Shown here one piece after another: positions 42,871 through 56,011 of a stretch of DNA of 64,000 bases (position 1 is the first letter of the stretch; each line of letters starts with the position of its first letter). The stretch is from the human T2T-CHM13v2.0 reference genome, Homo sapiens, in assembly GCF_009914755.1 (NCBI RefSeq), contig NC_060942.1; one strand, 5' to 3'. A model generated the notes under the pieces. The model searched no databases. It was given only the letters and a program-made list of their open reading frames with translations, and was not told where the DNA came from. Made by a program: the position numbers and the translations under genes.

Positions 42871-44835
42871 CCATAGTCAGCAATTAGTGAATTATTCACA
42901 AAGAGGTGAGTCCTGCTACCAGAGTTCAGAGTGCCCTGGTAGGATTGCCTCAAGCCCTTCTCCCTGAGACATCCTTGGGCTTCAGGAGGTGAAAAGGTGT
43001 AGAGTAGGTAAGGAGAAGAAGAGGTCAGCATGGTAGACCCATCAGATAAGACCATGTATTGATTTTTGCAGAACTTCTTTTGGTTGTTTCCTATTCCACT
43101 GTATTTATAAAATGTGGAAATCCCTTGTCACATCACTGTTCAGTCCTGACACAGCCCACAGAAAATTACAAGGGACATAGGCTATCTACTGGCTGAGCAG
43201 AGCTCAACAGGCACCAGTGATTTCTTCAGGGCTTCCCAGCACCAAAGATACAGCAAGTAATCTTTCTCTGAGATTAACCTGGCCTCCAGCCACCATAAAC
43301 ACTCAATCTCCCTTACAGGGAGGAAAGATTAAATATCTGATTAAAATTTTTGGCTGCTAATTTATTGAACTTGGATGGAGGAACTGTTTGCAAGTCACAT
43401 GACTTTCCCTGTGTGTCTGCCGTCGTTGTCCCACGCAACAGAGCGAGGTCACCGTGCAGCTGAAAAACAAGGAGCAGCCGAGTCCACGGGGGCGGGTGGC
43501 CGAGGGGTACAGTTTTGGGCCATCTTGGACAACTGGGGGGTCAGTTCTTCCCCAGTTGGTTCAGGAAAGTTCACATAGTCTGTGGCTGTTTCTGTTTCAG
43601 CCTCTCACTCTCTGTTCTTGATGCTTTGTAGATTTGGTTCATTTCATCCCACCCCTGCCTATTGTTCTGAGCCACCCAGTGCAATGATGTCATGGGCAGC
43701 TTAAAAGTATACAGGAAGTCTTCAAAGCTGAATGACTTCAATATACTTTATTCCATGCGCTCTTGCTGCTGGCTGTCTATGGAAACTGTGCCCGGCAGAA
43801 CTCAGGGAGGCAGCCATAGGGTTGGAGACTCTCCTCTCCTCCTCCCCCATTCCATGCTCCCCACCCCACCCCCGTGCCTACTGCTCCCATCCCTCACCTC
43901 CATCCCAGGGTTTGGACAGAGGCCAGACCAAAGGAGGGAGGGAAGCTAAGAGAAAGGAAAGCCAGGGGAATCGAAGGTCAAAGGGAGTTTCATCAGAAAA
44001 ATAGGGGTGCAGGACTCCCAGGACAACCAAAGGTCACTTTTACTGGCCTTTGAGTGATAAAGTCAGTCTGTCTGGCAGAGCTGCCAGTCATGGTACTGCC
44101 CCTGGAGAGGAAAAAGTGACAAAAACCACAAGTGACTTGCCTCAACTTGCAAACTGCAGCAAGAGTGTGGCATGTGATGGCTGCCCAGGGATACATTTGG
44201 AGTAAAGTTAAACATGAGGTGGCTTGTAACAGGATAATAATAGCAGATGTGAGGATGGGGCTTTACTGTTCACACAGCACCTTTGTATATACATACTGTC
44301 CTCTGTGTCCCTCACAAATCCCAATGATGGAGGTAGGGAAAAGCATGAAGAAGGGAACGTTTTTACTTACCCAAAATCACTCAGCTGTCCAGGGTAGACT
44401 TGGGGCTCAAGTCCAGATCCCATGTTTTCCCAGCACTCCACTCTGTGCTCACATCACAGTCCTGGCTTCCTCTCCTTATCCCTACTCTTGTTAGAAATTA
44501 CCTCTGAGTTCATCCTTGTCCAACTATCATTTTTTCATATTGCCGCACCTTGTGGAACTAGAAGAATTCTTCTTTGCTCCCACAAAAATAACACAGAGTT
44601 TGTGCCTGGCCATGGTGCCTGTACCTGCTCAACCCTCCACAGCCTTGCAGGGAATGAATTTCATAGGTATACAGGCTAGCCTTCGTCACATTGTTGCAAT
44701 GGCATTGTGCATTGCCTAGTCATTATTACACACCCTGAGGCAACTATAGTTACATGGTACTGGTATTGAGCTAAGAAAACATACTCGGAACCAGGTGTGT
44801 GTTTTCCTGAAGTCATTCTGCACAAGCACAGAAGA

Positions 44836-45457
44836 CAGGAGTTCTCAATCTGGGGTCTATAGATAGAATTTAGGGGGGTGCCTTGAAACAGTGTGGGAAA
44901 AAATACATCTTTCTTTTCATTACACTTTAATTTAAATTTAGCATTTTCTTATGAATGTAGACAGCACACCACATCAGTATGTCAGTATATCTGTGACTTC
45001 GTTACCACTAGAAACTATAGATTTTTCAAATCACATTTCAGTTGTAGCAGGTATCTTGAAATAACAGTTATGCTCATCACTACTTGGAATTATAGTGTCA
45101 GAATTGGAGAATTATGGTATTAGACCTGCTGCTTAATCTTGTTATGCATTGCATTGTACAGACGCACAGATATTTTCATATCACAAACCTAGTTTCTGAA
45201 CATTTCGATAACGCATGCCCCCAGCTGCACGGAAGGAACCCTAACCTTTTTCAAGATCCTTTATTCCACCCTGTCCTAATTATTTCTTGACGTTTCTGGG
45301 GATGTTTCAGACCATATTTCCACATAACTGGCTTCCTTTCTAATCCTAAATATATTATCTTATGCATTTAAAGTATTAGTCTGAGAAGGAGAATGCAGGC
45401 TTCATCATACTGCCCAAAGGATCCATGGATCATGAACCAAAAAGTTAAGAGCCCCAG
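44836..45457. mobile_element. hAT-Charlie element (Charlie4a-like) carrying a ~100-bp foreign insert
   Basis: TIR-like ends 'caggagttctcaatct' and 'aagttaagagccccag'; internal 'ttatgcatttaaagtattagtctgagaagg...ggcttcatcatactgcccaaaggatccatgg'. Confidence 0.7.
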
Positions 45458-47139
45458 ATTTTGCTGTAGTTCAGAGTGCTGGGGTGGGGTACAAAGGGCT
45501 TGGTAACCCGATCTGAGCCTTCCCACAGCCTGCTAGTACTCCACTCTGGGCAGGGAGAGAGACACAGGCCCAGGCCATGTCCGGTGAGGAGCTGGGGTGA
45601 CCCTGGCAGCTGTGCTCACCGTCATCTCCTGGTGCTGCTGCCCCAGCCAGTTCACATCCTCACACTCATCCCAGGGACTGCACCTTCTGATGACTGCACT
45701 GGAGTGTTCCTTCTCACTAAGCCTCACAGCCAGGGCTTCAGAGCTGCTTCCCGGCAGGCCCAGCCATACCACTAGCACTCTGAAGCATTGCCTCTGGTTC
45801 TCTTCAGAGAAAGCGTGGTCAGGACAAGCTGTTCCATGTACAGTTATCAAGCCTGGTTTCCCAGCACATTTCAGTGGCAACTCTGCACAGCATAGCAACC
45901 AACTCCATCGCCTCTCTGTGGCCCTCAGTGTGGGGGAGTAGCCAAGCCAGGGACAGGGAGGAATCTAAGTTATTGGAGGTAGGATATGTGCACAGCCATT
46001 AGGGCTTTTTGCCCAGCCTATCGGGCTGAGGTGATCTAATCCCACAAAAATTGAATACTATTTCCTACATACTAGCCTTGTTATTCTGGGTCGCGTAACT
46101 CCATTGCTCATGGAACTTAACTCTAGGCCTCCCCTGTCTATGCAGACATAGTAACACTGATTGTCAATTTCTATGGCGTAAGGCTCCCTACCTGCATAAA
46201 AGGAACTTGCTCCCTGCAGGAGCTTTTTATGCACTCAGCCCTAATTATTTCTTGCAGTCCCCGGTGATGTCTCAGACATTCTTGTGAATCTGTCTAGACC
46301 AAGTCGTGGCCACCACCACCCAGCCTTGACACAAGGATCCAGGCCCTTTCTTGCTGCCTTTGTTCGCCACCACTGTGGCCACAGCCATGGCACATTCCTG
46401 CTGATCTCTGCCTCCCCTGATATGTTAGCGAAGTCTTGGGTGCCGGTTTCAATCCTCCTGGCACTTGGGTACTCCAGGCAGTTGGTTACAAAGTGAGAAG
46501 AGTAGCTCCCTGCTCTCTGAGGTCCCGGCTGCTAGTAGGCACCACAGCAGGGCAGCATGGGCTGGAAGATGCTGAAGGCTGGCTTACTGAGTGGCACCTC
46601 CTAATGCACAGACAGCCGTTCCCACTCCAGGCTGCACAGAGCCCTGCAAAGTGGTGGGGTCAGGGCAGATTCAAGAAAATCTAAGGTCTACACCTTCTCT
46701 CAGCCCCACAACCTTGTTGGTAAGTTGGACTCACTGCCTGAATCCCCCTTCCTTAGGTCGATCCCTCTCTCAGGCATCCGGAGAATCTCCCCAGCAATTT
46801 GACCTCTGTCACCCTGCCCTGCTCTCCCCATTTTGTTCTCCAGATGAGCTGGTGTACATCAGGACCCCCTTTGAAGACCCAGTTCACCGTCTCTTACCGG
46901 GAAACTTCTTAGCCCCCAGAAAAATCCAAACACAAACAGCTGGCTGGAGGCTGGATGAGAAAGGAGTATCCTGACTCCACCCCCCAGACCCGTCCTGCCT
47001 CAGCCTGGCCCCAGCAGAGATGCTGTCTACAGTTGGTAGAATCCATCTTCTTCTTCAAATGCTTTTAAGGAAGCCACATTGTGGAAGGCAGTGAGAAGAT
47101 CTCTTGCTCTCGCTTCCTGGACCTACAGTAGAGCCTTGG

Positions 47140-47385
47140 CATTATGTGAGGTGGAAGGAACTTGGACCCTGGGGTTTGAGTAAACAATACTCCAGCAACA
47201 ACTTTGCCACCTGCTCACAGTGAGACCTGGGCAAGAGCTCTCTGAAGCTACTTTCTCACAGGGAGATGGGAAAGACTCGTCCTCGCCCTTGGGGTTGTTT
47301 TGAGGGTTAAATGGAAAACCTAAGATAAAGAACCTAATACAATGCCTTGCACATAGTTGGCATCTGATAATTCTTAGTTCTTATT
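47140..47385 (+). mobile_element. MIR
   Basis: 'tgagacctgggcaagag...gggttgttttgagggttaaatg...aatgccttgcacatagttgggcatctgataa'. Confidence 0.65.
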
Positions 47386-50300
47386 TTTAATATATTTTTT
47401 GACTTGTGCCAGAGTGTACCATGTGGATGTTAGAGGCATTGAAAGGAGGTTTCTGGAATTGCATAACAAGCTTATCAATTACAAAAATATTTCCTTGCTA
47501 TTCATTAAGTCCTAAAAAAGAAATATAAGCAATATGAAATTGTTTACATTATGAAATAACAACAGATATAACTGAATAATTTGTAAAGCAAAATTAAAAT
47601 CATCCTATTCAATGTGCAGAAAAGTGGGGGAAAGGTGGGGAAGAGAACTTACATTATTCAGGTACCTATTATGTGCTATTCATATTGGCACATAATAGGT
47701 GCCTGAATATTTGGCAAGCAATATGCCAAGATTTTTGCTGTGTTCCTTAAAGGTCACATTATGGCAAGGACACTGAAGCTCTCTAGATTAGATCTCTAGA
47801 AAATAATAAACGTCATTCTTTCTTCTTCTGTCACCTTCCTGTGTGTGTCTAAGACTCAGGCTTAATTGTCTACTTCCTATATAAATTCAGTTCCATGCCA
47901 TGTCCCATGCCCTGCTGGCTTTATCCCAGACATGAAGTGCCCTGGCTTACTCAGAAAGATGAGTGCAGGCCCCTCTTCCTTGGCTTCTACCTAAGGCCAG
48001 CAGAACTCCTGAGCCTGTGCTCTAGGGGAGGAGCAGGGCTGGGGTACACTGAAGGTATTCTGACGCCTGCTTTACTTGTCACTGTTGCTTCCCTTCCAGT
48101 AATTTCCAAGGCAGCTTTCTTGGAAAAGAAACCTGCTTTAATTAAGAACCCCTGGAAATTCTGAGCAATGTTCTACTTAAACCTAGCAAAACCCTACTTG
48201 CAACAGAGAACAGGGGAGAAAGGGTGGGTAGGAGGACTGATGGAAATGGCTCCACATGATTTGATTCTGTGACCTTCAAAGTCTGAAAAAGAAAATCAGG
48301 TTGATTCATAAACAACTAGGGACTAAAATACTTCTGGCTTCCTTTTATTGTACTTCTGGGAACCAACCGATTATGTTTAGAACTCTGGGTGACTGGAAGG
48401 GTTTTGTTGCTTTTTTTTAAAGCTGGTCCTGAAACCATAATCAGTTTTCTAGGCTGTTCATTTTGGCATGTGCAGGTTGAACTTTTGTCACTCAATCACA
48501 AAGGCATGGAAGATGTTCAGTTTCAAAGAAGGAAGCCAATCCGTGACCAAGGCCACCAAATCCAACACCAAAAACAAACACAAAGGGCTGCATTCCCACA
48601 CGTCACCACTGGCCCATTTCCAGAGCAGATCCTGACGGATGAGAGGCAGCAGGGAGGAGATGCTGGCTTGCTGCAGGGTTTAGCAGTTAATCTCAGGTGG
48701 CTGAAGCATGCCTTGTGCTTCAACCGAAAGGACTGAGACACGGAGATATTAAACAAAGCCTGTGTAACCCTTAAACAAACAGAGAAGGGAGCCAAGAATT
48801 GCTGTAGTCATAATCCCTTATTCTACAGCATCCACGGTGTTCAAGGCATCTTCATCAACAGTATGTGTTTTGATTGATTCCTCATTATAATCCAAGCAGT
48901 TATTATTAATATTTAGCCCCATTTCTCAAAGCTTTGTGGCTGAAAGACTGCCAGGACCGACGTTCTTTCTAGAAAAAAAAAATAGGTATTCTAAAAACAA
49001 TTAGAGAAAACTTTAGACATCCCTCCCACAAAAGAGAAACTTTCCCCACCCATGCTGCAGGTCCAGAAATGTGCCCACTGCCATTATCCTTCTAAAACAC
49101 ATGCACACAAGTACTGAAGAGTAATTGTTTTTTATACTTTGTTTCTTAATCTAATGCTTTATACAAGGTCAAAACTTGAAAGATCATCTACAAGGTCTAT
49201 TAAAAAACACTTTCTTCTCATTTTTGGGTTCTACTAAATTTGGAAATCCAATTTAAAGCCAATAGGTAAGGGAATAATATAGTTTCACACACTTATAATT
49301 TTATCTCATCTGCAAAGAAACTTCAAAACTAAATTCCATCCTGGAGTGGAATAACATATGCTTGCCCGTCAGCTATTTGCTAACTCTGTCTAATTTTCAA
49401 AAAAAAGGGTGTTGTTCTGTTTCTAGATGTTTTATTCTGTAGTGTATATAAGGTTGCAATGTATTTAAAAATTTTTTTGGAAATAGATGTGGTATAAATC
49501 TTACATAAATAATGACAATTAAGATCTCCAAGAATAATATTATTTTATAGCTAGAGGTTTGGATTAACAGGCAAGAAAACAAAAACAAGAGTTTTCTACC
49601 AATGCACAGGAATTTTGTGTTTTAATTTTCTCATCTACAAGAGGTGGTGCAACAGCGCTGTCCTGGGAGGCAAAGGACCAGGAGTCCAGTCTTCCTATGC
49701 TTACACCACATGCAACTTCCAGCAATGCATTCAATCTCTGAATAGTGTCCATCAAATGGGGACTAAAGACACCTTATCTATTTAAAAACAAGGAGTTGGA
49801 TCAATTTGCTTATAGTTCTTTTATTTCTTAAGATCTATGGACCCTTCCTCAAAGCATTTAGCTCTAAAACAATCTCGTAGATTAGGTCAAATGCAAACCA
49901 CAAAACCATGTCTAGTAGCTTTTTAACAATCAAACCTCCACATGATTTTGCACTGATGCTAGAGAGAGTGAAGAAGGTGGCAGTCTTTCTGTCCAGTTCT
50001 CATAAACTATTGCTATTTCTAATGAAGTAACCTAAGCACCTGCTGTGGATAAGGCCCCAGGAAAGAAAAGTTTGCTGCCTCTAGACTAATAAAGAGAACT
50101 GGCCATTGATCTTAGAGAAATGTTAATTTCCAAGCGAGTATTTTTTAAAACTCCTCCTTTGCTTTTATGTTTCCTAGGTTACCATAAATAGAACCTACAC
50201 ACTTTATTTGTACCATCTTAATGTCTTCGATTGAAGTGCTGTGTCCTTATCCTAGATTCTTAGCTAGTCTCCTAGCTCCTGGAGGAAAGCATCTATTTCT

Positions 50301-50457
50301 TACTCACCTTTATATCCTACATGACGCTCAACTCAGTGCCCTGCCTGCAGCAGGGACATAGAAAAGGTTGAACTGATTGACCTGACTTCCTAATTACCCA
50401 GCTGACTCTTTAGCTTTTGCTAAATGTTTCTTAGTCCTAATTAAGAGCCAAAGCATT

Positions 50458-50774
50458 AGCTGGGTACGGTGGCTCACGCCTGCAATCCCAGCACTTTGGG
50501 AGGCCGAGGCAGGTGGATCATGAGGTCAGGAGATCGAGACGATCCTGGCCAACACGGCGAAACCTCATCTCTACTAAAAAAAATACAAAAAATTAGCCAA
50601 GCATGGTGGCGGGTGCCTGTGGTCCCAGCTACTCAGGAGGCTGAGGCAGGAGAATGGCGTGAACCCAGGAGGCAGAGCTTGCAGTGAGCCGAGATTGCGC
50701 CACTGCACTCCAGCCTCCAGCCTGGGCGACGGAGCGAGACTCTGTCTCAAAAAAAAAAAAAAAGAAAGAAAAAA
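50458..50774 (+). mobile_element. AluY/Sc8-like
   Basis: 'gagaatggcgtgaacccaggaggcagagcttgcag'; TSD aagagccaaagcatt. Confidence 0.95.
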
Positions 50775-51139
50775 AAGAGCCAAAGCATTGAGAAAATTTG
50801 CTAACGACTAAAAACAGCAATACCAAATGTAGCAAGCCCTAGGCTAGCATGTATTATGTCTTTCTCAAGGACAGATGAGAAATATTAAAGTGTTCATCAA
50901 AATACTATAAAAAGCTTCATTTCTTCATCTGTTCCTATCACAGATCAGGGATCCCATTTGGAGTTCATCTGCAATTTCAGATTTGCATGAGAAAGGCTTC
51001 ATTGCAAAGCATCAGCTTCATTTGGCAAATTCAAAGTATCTAGGTAAATTGCTCATTCTTTTTGCATTTGTAAATTCTTTTTCCAAAATTGCTTTTAATA
51101 ATTTAGTCTAATTCTTACTAAAGGTTTGACTTCGGAATT

Positions 51140-51260
51140 TTTATTTTTGTTTTTCCTTTTTTTTTTTTTTTTTTGAGAGAGGATCCTTCTCTGTCACCCA
51201 GGCTGGAATGCAGTGCTGCAATCATAGCTCACTGCAGCCTTGAACTCCTGGGCTCAAGTG
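51140..51260 (-). mobile_element. Truncated AluJ/FRAM right arm
   Basis: Poly(T) then 'ctgtcacccaggctggaatgcag...cactgcagccttgaactcctgggctcaagtga'. Confidence 0.85.
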
Positions 51261-52831
51261 ACTTGGGGGTTTTTAGTGTATTCTGAAGTAGAAGGTGTAG
51301 GAAAAGAGAAAAAGAATATAATTATCCTTACAAATAAGTGATGCACATAGAAGATATACAGTTTGTTTAATATCTCCAGGGTGGCAGCCAGGAGGCTTAA
51401 TTTCAGAATTTGGGAAACTTTATATTAACCATAGGGTTCTAGTAGCTGTTCCAGTAGTTTTTCCTGTGGTTTGATATGTCTTCATTAAAGGGATGCCTGC
51501 AATCAGCCATAATACCTCTTTAAACTTTTATAGAATCAATATTACCATTTTGATCCATCAGAGGAAAGCTGTGTGGCTTTTTGCAGAATCCACTCAAGTG
51601 TCCTCCTGCCGCTCGCTCTCTGCTGGGGCCCAGCCTGAAGCCAGCAAACAACAAAAAAACAAAAACAAAATAAAAGGAACCTCTTCTGGCTTCTTTTCAT
51701 GTTTACACAATACTGTGGGAATGAGAAGGTAGCTACTCCGTTTGCCAAGCAGAGAAGAGCGATGAAGGATCAGTTATTGTGTAAGAGCGCAGTGTATATA
51801 AGCGGATTATTGCTTGCATTCTGTATAAAGTTTTCCTGTAATAACAATGACCGATTTAGTTCATTTCAAGCTATTCATATCCTTGGATTTATTTTTAAGG
51901 TGGGAAAGGAACAGCAGAAAGGGTGCCATGGGAAGGAGGGAGAAAAATATAAAACAATACAGCACCCAGACAGACTTCCCAGCGCCACGGCAGAAGCACG
52001 CCCAACACATGGCTCTGGGCTGCGATGGGCTGGCCAGATGATGAGCTTCAGGGTCATCAAAGGAGGGAGAAATGAGGGGTTGCCTGAATTTGTGTTGATT
52101 GGTGCACTGCACAGAGCAAGGACGAAATGTAAAGCTCAAAGGGAAAGGGTGGAGCCGAAGAGGAATGATATTGCTGCAGAAACTGTGCAGCTCTCGAGGT
52201 GTGCGGTGTCACTGGCAGGCAGCCCGTCACCTGGAAGAAAATGTGAAGCATGTTCCCTGCAGACAAGGGTGGCACACTGTAAACAGGCCCGTCGCTCGCT
52301 CGCTCGCTCGGGAGACAGGGGAGTTGGTATTTACCTTTCAGAGACCTTGGGTCACCCTGCCTCACCCTGAAAGAAGGAAATGTCTCTCACACTTAAAAAT
52401 CTCAAGTGCATACCACAAAACTCAAATACAGCCCATGACGGGCAGAGCGCTCAATGAAAGGTGACAGATTTAGCAGAAGCATTTATGTGCTAATAAGTTC
52501 TGATGACTTCCAGAGGTTAATTTATGTCCTTTTCCCAGGAGTCAGACTTATTTCCCTATTTAAGAGGTAAATCGATTATTAGAATCAGACTCTTTTTAAC
52601 CTTCAAAGCAAAAATGAAAATAGGTAATAACTTTCTACCCAGGCGGGCCACCTGCTCCCCAACTATACACAGACAACCTCGGGTGCTAAGAGTGTTTAAA
52701 CATGTTCATCAGATTCTCCTAAAGCAGTAACAGCCAGGCATGGGCTGAGACAGCATTTTGGAATGTGTTTGAAATGGTGTAATCTTCCATAGTGCCCTAT
52801 CTTTATTGAGGGAGAAAGAGAGAGAAAACTA

Positions 52832-53351
<520 letters not shown>

Positions 53352-56011
53352 TTATGTGCCTGTCTCTCCCCCTAAACTACAGGATCTTAGAAGACAGCAC
53401 ACCTTTTGTTTTAATTTTCTTTCACAGTGCCAAGCAAGTTACCTTTCACACAGTAGACATTGAATGAATATTTCCTGATTTAAAAACATGATTTTCAGAA
53501 AAAGAAAAAGGGTTTAAATGGGACACAAGAAAAGATAAAGCATCCAAAGAGTTAGATACTGTGCAAACAGACTTGATAAATACCGTTCCAGAAAACCAGC
53601 TTCCAAATCAAGGCCTGTTTAAGAAAGAGCATTTTTCGAGAAAAGAAAGAGAAGAAATCTGGGTGAAAATGAAACAGCAGAAACAAAATATTATCTGTTG
53701 ATATATCATAATATATCCCTTCATTTATGCACAAATAATTTTCCTTCCTACCAGTACCCTCCTCGACACACATACAGACTTATTTAGGATGCATCAGAAC
53801 CATGCCTATGAGCAGAAGGCAGCGGGTAAGCATTGAGAAGAACTTCAAGTCCACAGGGCCTGGTAAAGGAGGCAGCTGTGAGGCATGGGGGTGACAGTGA
53901 TGGTCTCAGAACACACTAGTGGTGAAGGCCACACCAGCAAACCATGAGAACAGGATATTGTCAGCAGATGCCTGAGTAGAGGGACATATCTTCAACAGAT
54001 CAGTATGTATCAATGAATAAAATATAGTACTCAGTGCATAGCATTTTACCTTAAAGATAACTCAGCTGAAATACAAGTCTTCTCTGTCATAAGGGATACC
54101 TCTAGGACCAAAACCACCAACCAGAATGGTCAAGCCAGAATTTCCACTATTCAGGTGTTGATCTGATCTCTTGGACAAAGCTTGCTTAAGATCACAGGAT
54201 TCAGGAGTTTCTCCAGGGAAAAGAGCCTCTGCATTTTATCCACCTCACCACCAGGGCCAAGAACGAAGCCTCATATACCGGCATATCTCACTTTATTGCA
54301 CTTGACTGATACTGTCTTTTTTTACAAATTGAAGGTCCATGGCAACCCTGCTTTGAGCAAGTCTATTAGCACCATCTTTTTTTTTTTTTTCAACAACATG
54401 TGCTCATTTCGTGTCTCTGTGTCATATTTTAGTAATTCTCACAATACTTTAAAATTTTTCATTATTATTACATCTTTTAATGGTATTCGGTGATCAGTGA
54501 TCTTTGATGTTACTATTGTAATTGTTTTGGGGCACCACAAACCGCACCCATGTATGATGGAAAACTTAATCCATAAATGTTGTGTGTGTTCTGATGGCTC
54601 CACCAACCAGCAGCTGCTTCATCTCCCCCCATTCCTCTCTTTGGACCTCCCTATTCCCTCAGACAGAACACTATTGACATGAGATCAAATAATAACCTTA
54701 AAATGGCCTCTAAATGTTCAAGTGAAAGGAAAGGTTACATGTGTGCCATTTTAAATCAAAAGCTAGAAATGATTAAGCTGAATGAGGAAGGCATGTCAGA
54801 AGCTGAGACAGGCCAAAAACTAGGCTTCTTGTACTCAATAGTCAGCGCAGTTGTGACTGCAAAGGAAAAGTTCTTGAAGGAAACTAAAAGTGAATACACA
54901 AATGAAAAGGAAGTGAAGTAGCCTCCTTGCTGATATGGAGAAAGTCTGAGTGGTCTGGGTAGGAGGTCAAAACAGCCACAACACCCTGTTAGCCAAAGCC
55001 AGGTTTGAGCAAGACCCCAACTCTCTTCAACTGTGAGGAAGCCACAGAAGAAAAGTGTGAAGCTAGCACAGGCTGGTTCATGAGGTTTAAGGAAAGAAGC
55101 CATCTCCACACCATAAAAGTGCAAGATGAAGCAGCAAGTGCTGATGGACAAGCTGCAGCAAGAAGTCCAGGAGATCTAGCTAAGATCATGGATGATGGTG
55201 ACTATTCTAAACCACAGATTTTTAATATAGACAAAGCAGCCTTATATTGCAAGAAGATATCGTTTCATAGAGCAGAAGTCAATGCCTGGCTTCGAAGCTA
55301 CAAAGGGCAGGCTGATTTTGTGGTTAGGAGCTACTGCAGCTGGTGACATTAAGTTGAAGTCAGTGCTCTTTTACCATTCCAAAAATCCTAAGGTCCTTAA
55401 GAATGATGCTAAATCTACTTTGCCTGTGCTCTAGAAATGGAAGAACAAAGCCTGAATGATAGCATTTCTGTTTACCGCATAGTTTTCTGAATATTTTAAG
55501 CCCACTGTTGGGCCTACTTCTCAGAAAAAAAATTCTTTTCAAAATATTACTGCTCATTAACAATGCATGTTGCCACCCAAGAGCTTTGATGGCAATGTAC
55601 AAGGAGATGAATGTTGTTTTCAGGCCTGCTAACACAACATCCATTCTGCAGCCCATGGATCAAGGAGTAATTTTGTCTTTCAATTTTCATTATTTAAGAA
55701 GTACATCTTATGTCCATTCCAAGATGGCCGAATAGAAACAGCTCTGGTCTGCAGCTCCTGGCATGATCAACGCAGAAGATGGGTGATTTCTGTATTTCCA
55801 ACTGAGCCGCCGCTGGTGATACCCAGGCAAATAGGGTCTGGAGTGGACCTCCAGCAAACTCCAAGAGACCTGCAGTGAGGGACCTGACTGTTAGAAGAAA
55901 AACTAACAAACAGGAAAGAATAGCATCAACATCAACCAAAAGGACATCTAAACCAAAACCCCATCTGTAGGTCACCAACATCAAAGACCAAAGGTAGATA
56001 ATACCATAAAG

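Noticed and set aside
50700-50730. AluYb8 call from the 7-bp duplication (ctccagcctccagcc)
   Set aside because: The Yb8 insertion reads gcagtccgcagtccg; the sequence here differs and the copy is too diverged. It is a private duplication.
51699-52370. 223-aa ORF, the longest non-TE ORF
   Set aside because: Non-ATG (GTG/TTG-type) or weak start context, no recognisable domain, and it runs through a (CGCT)n repeat; most likely incidental to the locally higher GC.
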